This document shows, in pieces, positions 26,610-32,000 of a stretch of DNA of 32,000 nucleotides. The DNA lies in NCBI GenBank assembly GCA_048886185.1, contig JBHLKY010000001.1:1-32000 (forward strand). Direction: 5' to 3'. This stretch comes from Candidatus Hermodarchaeota archaeon. Lineage in GTDB: Archaea; Asgardarchaeota; Heimdallarchaeia; Hodarchaeales; Hodarchaeaceae. Numbering within the stretch: position 1 is the stretch's first letter; each line of letters starts with the position of its first letter. The position numbers and the translations under genes were made by a program. Below the pieces are notes generated by a model. That model was given only the letters and a program-made list of their open reading frames with translations. It was not told the origin of the DNA and ran no database searches.

Positions 26610-26899
26610 ACTAGTTATTTCTTATATCAGTTCGAAACCATTTGATCCTATATTTCTCTTTTTTCTTCTTTCTGAAGTTTGTCGCTGAAATTATTCCCAA
26701 TTCGGTCATAAAATCCTTTTTTTTTTAATTACTGTTATTGGTGATTTTAAATAAATTATTAAAACTAAATTTCATTGCTTTTATAATTTAAGTAATTAAA
26801 AAGTTAAAATAATTTTAAAAGATTTTAATCCGTTTAAAACGAAGTTACATTAATAAATAACTTTTAATACACCTTTAGAATATTCTCTACACGATAAAT

Positions 26900-27577
26900 G
26901 TGCATTCAATCCACAAAAATGGGTTTTTTTCAAAACAGAACTCTAACTTCATGTTTTCTTTCTTCTTTGCTCTTACTTTTCTGTGGATGGTACTGTCTTT
27001 CTCAATATTCAGTTTAATCTATAACTTGCTAATTTTCCCTTTTACCATAATTCATGAATTAAGTCATTGTTTCGCGCTTGGTTGTTTTTTTCCAGGTAAA
27101 GAAGCTCAAATTGAATTCCATTTGTTTGATAATGGAATTACTTATGCTAATGTAAAATTCGAGTCCCTTCCTCTCTGTTTAGGATCTGTGATGTCTCTTA
27201 TTATTGGTCCGTTATCTGTTTTGACACTATGCATACTAGGGATCATTATGCTAAAACAGTATCCTTCATCAAATCTTAGCAAGACTACAAGTAATTTCTT
27301 AAAGTTTGTATTATTGTGTGATTTTCCAAATCTATTTCCAATACATCCTCCTATGATTAACGCAGTTACTGATGGATATGCAGCAAGTGTGTATCTATTC
27401 CAAATGGGTGTTGTCCCTTTCATTTCAACAGAGTTATCTATAATACTCTATATGATTGCTGCTATAATTTCTTTCACTTCGTTCTTCTACCTTGGAACCT
27501 CAGTCTATTTTCTTTTACAGCACTTCAAAGTATTGGTCCTGAAAGATGAACGAAACTTTCATCCCCAATTAGCTTAA
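26900..27577 (+). CDS. M50-family (site-2-like) intramembrane zinc metalloprotease
   Basis: IIHELSH (HExxH) in a TM; NLFPIHPPMINAVTDG (NxxP...DG). Confidence 0.75.
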   Translation: MHSIHKNGFFSKQNSNFMFSFFFALTFLWMVLSFSIFSLIYNLLIFPFTIIHELSHCFALGCFFPGKEAQIEFHLFDNGITYANVKFESLPLCLGSVMSLIIGPLSVLTLCILGIIMLKQYPSSNLSKTTSNFLKFVLLCDFPNLFPIHPPMINAVTDGYAASVYLFQMGVVPFISTELSIILYMIAAIISFTSFFYLGTSVYFLLQHFKVLVLKDERNFHPQLA

Positions 27578-27588
27578 ACTGAAAATTC

Positions 27589-28287
27589 TCATACTTTAGC
27601 TTTCTTTAGTTTATTTATTCTATAAACACAAAGCATGTCTCCCTCGGATAAACACTGGACTTTATCAGCTTTTTTCCCCACTAGTTCAGTAACTAGAGTT
27701 TCATCAACAATACATGCTAAAGGATGATTACGGACAATATCATAAATTAAACAATTGCGATTTGTTATTGTAAATGAATCTTTAGTTTCTTCAATTTCAG
27801 GAAAACTGCCATAATCTTGGAAAACTTCTGCAACTGCATTAATTCTGTCTTTCAAATTATCAGAATTCGTACCACTTTCTTTTAAGGTTGAGTTAAGTTT
27901 TCTTTTCATCTCTTCAGCTTTTTCTTTACCCATTTCCGTTAGAAGATGTCGAGCTTCTTCCTCTCCAAAATTCTTTAAGATACGGTTTAGCAGTCGAATA
28001 GAAAAATCTGCATAAGATTTAGGAAATTTGGTTAGAGCAGCTTGGGCTAAGAAATAAGTCATCGCTGGACGACCTGTTTTCCCCTTCTTTTTCTTACGAA
28101 TTACGAGTTTATCTTTCTCTAGTTCAATCAGATATTGGCGTATCGCATTAGGAGATAAATCAAAAGTCTCCGCCATCTCTTTTATTGAACATCCCTGAGA
28201 TTCATCTTGAATGTTACTATTTACAAGTAAATAGCTTAGGATTTCTAATCGTGTTGATGAAAGATGTTCACTAGCTACCTGAGGCAT
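27589..28287 (-). CDS. SufR-like HTH regulator, paralog 2
   Basis: Collinear with 23889..24569 (GRPAMTY, FPKSYADFS, NC-X12-C-x2-DE, C...GDMLC); start moved to ATG 28287 (MPQV). Confidence 0.85.
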   Translation of the reverse strand: MPQVASEHLSSTRLEILSYLLVNSNIQDESQGCSIKEMAETFDLSPNAIRQYLIELEKDKLVIRKKKKGKTGRPAMTYFLAQAALTKFPKSYADFSIRLLNRILKNFGEEEARHLLTEMGKEKAEEMKRKLNSTLKESGTNSDNLKDRINAVAEVFQDYGSFPEIEETKDSFTITNRNCLIYDIVRNHPLACIVDETLVTELVGKKADKVQCLSEGDMLCVYRINKLKKAKV

Positions 28288-28571
28288 ATTTGCATCGCCT
28301 AATAGAATATTATATCGAACAAATATAATCAAAGAAGTATGTATTTTTTAACTTTTTTAAATGTTTTTACATTAAATTATAATAAACTTTTTAAGAAGAG
28401 ATTTCATTCTAAAAAATGACTAGAATAATGTAGAATGTAATTTATTATTATCAATGTGGATTTTTAAGCTTTAAAACTAATACGATTGTTTGAAAGGTCA
28501 AGCATTAAATACATACTTTTTCTGATACCATTGATCCTCACCTATTTTATGCAAAGAAGTATAAACTGAAT

Positions 28572-29786
28572 GTGATTCCATTGCACGTTGTTATCATTGG
28601 ATCTGGTCATGCAGGTATAACTGCCGCTATCACTCTTCGTCAGAATGCTGAGGATATTGAAATATCTATGATAACGGAAGATAGCTATCCTCATTATCCC
28701 CGTCCATCTGTCTATAAAATCATTTCAGGCAAAAAACCTGAAGAGATACTCCGTTTTCCCAAAGATTGGTATGATAAAAATGAAATATCTCTTTCTCTCA
28801 ATAGTCGTGTAACTAAAATTAATGGAGCAAAAAAGAAGATAAAAATTAAGAATGGAGAAATTATTTCTTTCGATAAACTCCTGATTACCACTGGCTCCGA
28901 ACCATTCATCCCTCCTATACCAGGACTCCTAGATAGTCCTTTTTGCTGTTTACGAGATATAGTTGATGCCCTTACAATCCGTGAACGTGCATTAAGTAGT
29001 TCAACTGGGCAAGCTACAATTTTAGGGGGTGGTTTACTTTCTGTTGAACTAGCAAAAACGCTTTCTGACATTGGAATCATGCCCACAATTATCGATAGAT
29101 CACCTTACTTACTTAGGAAACAACTTGACGAAGAAGGGGGTCGTTTCTTTAATGAAGTGTTAGATAAAATGTTCGACATCAAATTCTTCCATCAAACTTC
29201 TTGTCAAAAGATCAAATACGCTAATAAAAATTTTTTAATTGAAATTAAGGATGCCTCAGGATTACGCACTCATACATGTGACTTTTTACTCAACGCTACA
29301 GGGATTCAAAATGATAACGATCTTCCCCATAGAGCAGGTATCAAAATAGGAAATTATGCTATTATTGTAGATCCTTTTATGCGAACCAATGTTCCAGATA
29401 TTTTTGCAGCTGGAGATGCTGTAGACATTGAATCTTTTCCAGGATCTAAATTTGGTATCATTCCTACTGCTATTGATCAAGCAAAGATTGCTGCTATAAA
29501 TATACTTGGAAGTGAGGTTCCGTACCCAGGGACAATGCCCTGGACTACTCTGAAAGTGGCTGGGATTAGTTTAACATCTTTAGGAGATGTTTCAACTGGC
29601 CCTAGAATTAATGAAGAGGGTGTGATAATTGATCGTGTTCAGGGTATATATCAAAAACTCTTTTTTAAAGATAACACTTTACAAGGAGCCATTCTTATTG
29701 GTACAAAGAGAAACTTATCCGAGCTTAGGAATCTAACTATCCGAAATGCTTCTTTAAGTGAAGTTAAGAATGAGCTTGATATCTGA
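28572..29786 (+). CDS. NAD(P)/FAD-dependent oxidoreductase, NADH:rubredoxin oxidoreductase/NirB-N type
   Basis: IIGSGHAG, LLITTGS, GGGLLSVE, TNVPDIFAAGD, TTLKVAGI. Confidence 0.88.
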   Translation: MIPLHVVIIGSGHAGITAAITLRQNAEDIEISMITEDSYPHYPRPSVYKIISGKKPEEILRFPKDWYDKNEISLSLNSRVTKINGAKKKIKIKNGEIISFDKLLITTGSEPFIPPIPGLLDSPFCCLRDIVDALTIRERALSSSTGQATILGGGLLSVELAKTLSDIGIMPTIIDRSPYLLRKQLDEEGGRFFNEVLDKMFDIKFFHQTSCQKIKYANKNFLIEIKDASGLRTHTCDFLLNATGIQNDNDLPHRAGIKIGNYAIIVDPFMRTNVPDIFAAGDAVDIESFPGSKFGIIPTAIDQAKIAAINILGSEVPYPGTMPWTTLKVAGISLTSLGDVSTGPRINEEGVIIDRVQGIYQKLFFKDNTLQGAILIGTKRNLSELRNLTIRNASLSEVKNELDI

Positions 29787-29791
29787 ATTTC

Positions 29792-30262
29792 TTACTTCCT
29801 AAATAGCATTTTAATTTTTTCCCACAGTCTTCTTCTTGGTTTCATTTTAGGAGAAATATCACCCATTGCTTGGCTCCGTACAACATTAAGGCTTAATAAA
29901 TCCTGCTCAAAATCCTCGAAAGTATCTTCTTTAATAATAGTTCCTATTCTTGAGCCATATTTTTCTAAAAAAATTGCCATCGCCTGATTTAAACGATCCT
30001 CTACCATTTTTGTTCCAAGAGGATTGGCAAAGACCATGATTATTTCTTTCTCTCTGTCAATCTTGAAGTCTAACTTAATGTCGTTGAATATTACAGATTT
30101 TAATTCTTCTTGTCCAAAAGATTCCTCGGCAAAAGAATACATCGCTGCTAAAAATCCAGTTTGAAGTGCATGATCAGGATGTAATTTGCAATAATCTCCT
30201 CCATAACACTTGGCAAAAAGAGGAATTCCAGAAGTCTGAAGAATAAATACATCATCGGCCAT
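29792..30262 (-). CDS. Longin-like domain protein (Asgard type)
   Basis: VFILQTSGIPLF...LQTGFLAAMYSFAEESFG..LKSVIF..LDF pattern. Confidence 0.65.
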   Translation of the reverse strand: MADDVFILQTSGIPLFAKCYGGDYCKLHPDHALQTGFLAAMYSFAEESFGQEELKSVIFNDIKLDFKIDREKEIIMVFANPLGTKMVEDRLNQAMAIFLEKYGSRIGTIIKEDTFEDFEQDLLSLNVVRSQAMGDISPKMKPRRRLWEKIKMLFRK

Positions 30263-30484
30263 TTCATCATTTCCTCTAAGAGAATTTTATGCTGTCATAT
30301 CATTTTTTAACGATATTTTTGATGATAACAATCCTTTTCTTTTTAACTTTTTCAATTTTTGCAATCAGAGGAATTAGATAAACCAATTGAAGATATCTTA
30401 ATGAAGTTATTGAGATTAAGAACCCACGCCTGATTATGAAGGAATTCTGTTTCTAGATTTCCGTCGCTTACTTCATTTCTCTTC

Positions 30485-30958
30485 TTATTCCCATTTAGAG
30501 AGTATGAATGTAGAATCCCATCCTGTTGAACGTTGTTCAATCTTTCCCTTTTGTGATATTAAGCCAAGAACAATTAGATAATTGTTGATTGTTTCTGTAG
30601 ATAGATCAGGAACGACTTTTTTTATCTCTGAGGTAGTTTTATGTCCCTTTAAAAGAGCCTGCAGAATCTCTACAGCATTAGATATTAGAGTAAATCTGTA
30701 TGGCTTTTCTTCTGAAACATCCCCTCTAGGATTAAGATTCCATTCCTCTCCATCTTTAACAACACGACCAAAAGAATTTAAATAGGTTAGGAACCCTAAT
30801 GAATAATAGGTATCGCTTATGCAGAGATCTGTACCTGGAGAAATCTCGTATGGAGATGATTCCTCTTTTAGATATTCCATCTTCTCAATTACCTGTAAAA
30901 ATGTCTTAAATGGAAATTTATCAAAAGGTGGATTACTGAAGTGTGCATTTAAAGCCAT
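30485..30958 (-). CDS. Hypothetical protein, probable tandem winged-helix
   Basis: Two similar halves, each ending L.(F/V)L..(L/I)...G.(V/I)......W. Confidence 0.55.
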   Translation of the reverse strand: MALNAHFSNPPFDKFPFKTFLQVIEKMEYLKEESSPYEISPGTDLCISDTYYSLGFLTYLNSFGRVVKDGEEWNLNPRGDVSEEKPYRFTLISNAVEILQALLKGHKTTSEIKKVVPDLSTETINNYLIVLGLISQKGKIEQRSTGWDSTFILSKWE

Positions 30959-31256
30959 TTTAATTCCTCATTGTAAATAAACATTTATTAGGTTGTTTCT
31001 TCTTCTTGTTGTTTCACGAAATTTGATTCTTAATGTTTATTACCTTTTAATTTTCGTAATTTATCTAAATATAGAAAAAATTCTGGTAATTAGGTGAAAA
31101 ATGCACAATTAATACGAATTGGCCTCTTCTTCCTCTAAAACTAAATTTGAAGTAATTTATTATATTATTAAATAACAATAGTTAACTTTTTATTCACGAG
31201 GTATTTAACATCAAATAGGCAATAAAATCTCATAAAATAATTCGTTGTGATTAAAA

Positions 31257-31757
31257 ATGACTGAAAAGATAATTCAAGGTACATCAAAGTTACATATTGG
31301 AGATAAAGCGCCAGATTTCACACTTCCCGCGCAAGATGGGAAAAAAATCAGGTTATCAGACTATCGTGGTAAGAAAAATGTCATGCTTGCCTTTTACCCT
31401 CAAGACTTTACTCCAGTATGTTCACATCAGCTCCCATCCTATAGTAATCAAATAAACAAATTTGATGAGCTGAATACACAAGTTTTAGCAATTGGAGTTG
31501 CCTCCATTCCTGTTCATATTGCTTGGATAGATAGTCTTGGAGGTCTGAACTATCCTCTTCTTGCTGATTGGGTTCCTTACGCTGAAGTTAGTAAAAAATA
31601 TGACGCTTTTATTCCACGTATTGGCTTTGGAAAGCGTGCGATCTTTATTATTGATAAAAAAGGAATTATTCGCTATATTGACATTCCCCACGAACTTAAT
31701 GAAGGACCTCCAGATGAGGAAAAGATTTTCAAGACTCTCAAAGAGCTTCAAGACTGA
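31257..31757 (+). CDS. Peroxiredoxin (AhpC/TSA, 1-Cys AhpE-like)
   Basis: [34 protein letters not shown]; only one Cys. Confidence 0.92.
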   Translation: MTEKIIQGTSKLHIGDKAPDFTLPAQDGKKIRLSDYRGKKNVMLAFYPQDFTPVCSHQLPSYSNQINKFDELNTQVLAIGVASIPVHIAWIDSLGGLNYPLLADWVPYAEVSKKYDAFIPRIGFGKRAIFIIDKKGIIRYIDIPHELNEGPPDEEKIFKTLKELQD

Positions 31758-31776
31758 CCTGATCTAATTCTTAGCA

Positions 31777-32000
31777 TTATCCTGAATTTAGTATGAAGCT
31801 TGCAACTCTTTCTCCAAACTCTTCTCCTTTTTTCAAATCCTTTTCAGAGGGTCCCCCAATAAAATCAAACACATCTAAGATTTCCCATTTTAATTTTCTT
31901 GTTATCTCCTCAAAGTCTCTCTTTGCGCCATCATTCCATCCATAGGAACCGAAGAAAGCTGATTTCTTTTTAATAATCCTTTTACGTAAAGCCATATCAA
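31777..32000 (-). CDS. fprA: C-terminal flavodoxin domain of an FprA-type flavodiiron protein (5' end outside window)
   Basis: Frame is open to the window edge; FFGSYGWNDGA motif; ends GEEFGERVA. Confidence 0.7.
   Translation of the reverse strand, partial: DMALRKRIIKKKSAFFGSYGWNDGAKRDFEEITRKLKWEILDVFDFIGGPSEKDLKKGEEFGERVASFILNSG

Noticed and set aside
30352-30540. 62-aa minus-strand ORF
   Set aside because: Overlaps the 30485..30958 CDS out of frame; no motif

Overview
AT-rich archaeal window, probably Asgard/Heimdallarchaeia-like. That placement is inferred from a longin-like gene, PGF-CTERM-type sorting tails, a Cys-type CcmE and GGTGA/GAGG Shine-Dalgarno sites. Almost the whole window is a heme, iron and redox locus. 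It holds two paralogous heme O synthases; a ccmF-E-C-D-A-B cytochrome c maturation operon, whose small ccmD is missing from the ORF track; and a surface-anchored multiheme cytochrome c with non-canonical heme motifs and a His-repeat stalk. It also holds a 12-TM heme-copper-oxidase-fold protein lacking the canonical CuB/FeB ligands next to one heme O synthase, and a DOMON heme domain plus di-heme cytochrome b pair flanked by two SufR-like Fe-S regulators. Other genes are an FTR1 iron permease, DUF438, an NROR-like flavoprotein, a peroxiredoxin and a partial FprA. A shared palindrome, AGTAA-N5-TTACT, occurs in three promoter regions. No rRNA, tRNA, CRISPR array or mobile element was seen. All family calls come from motif recognition by eye; no database searches were run.
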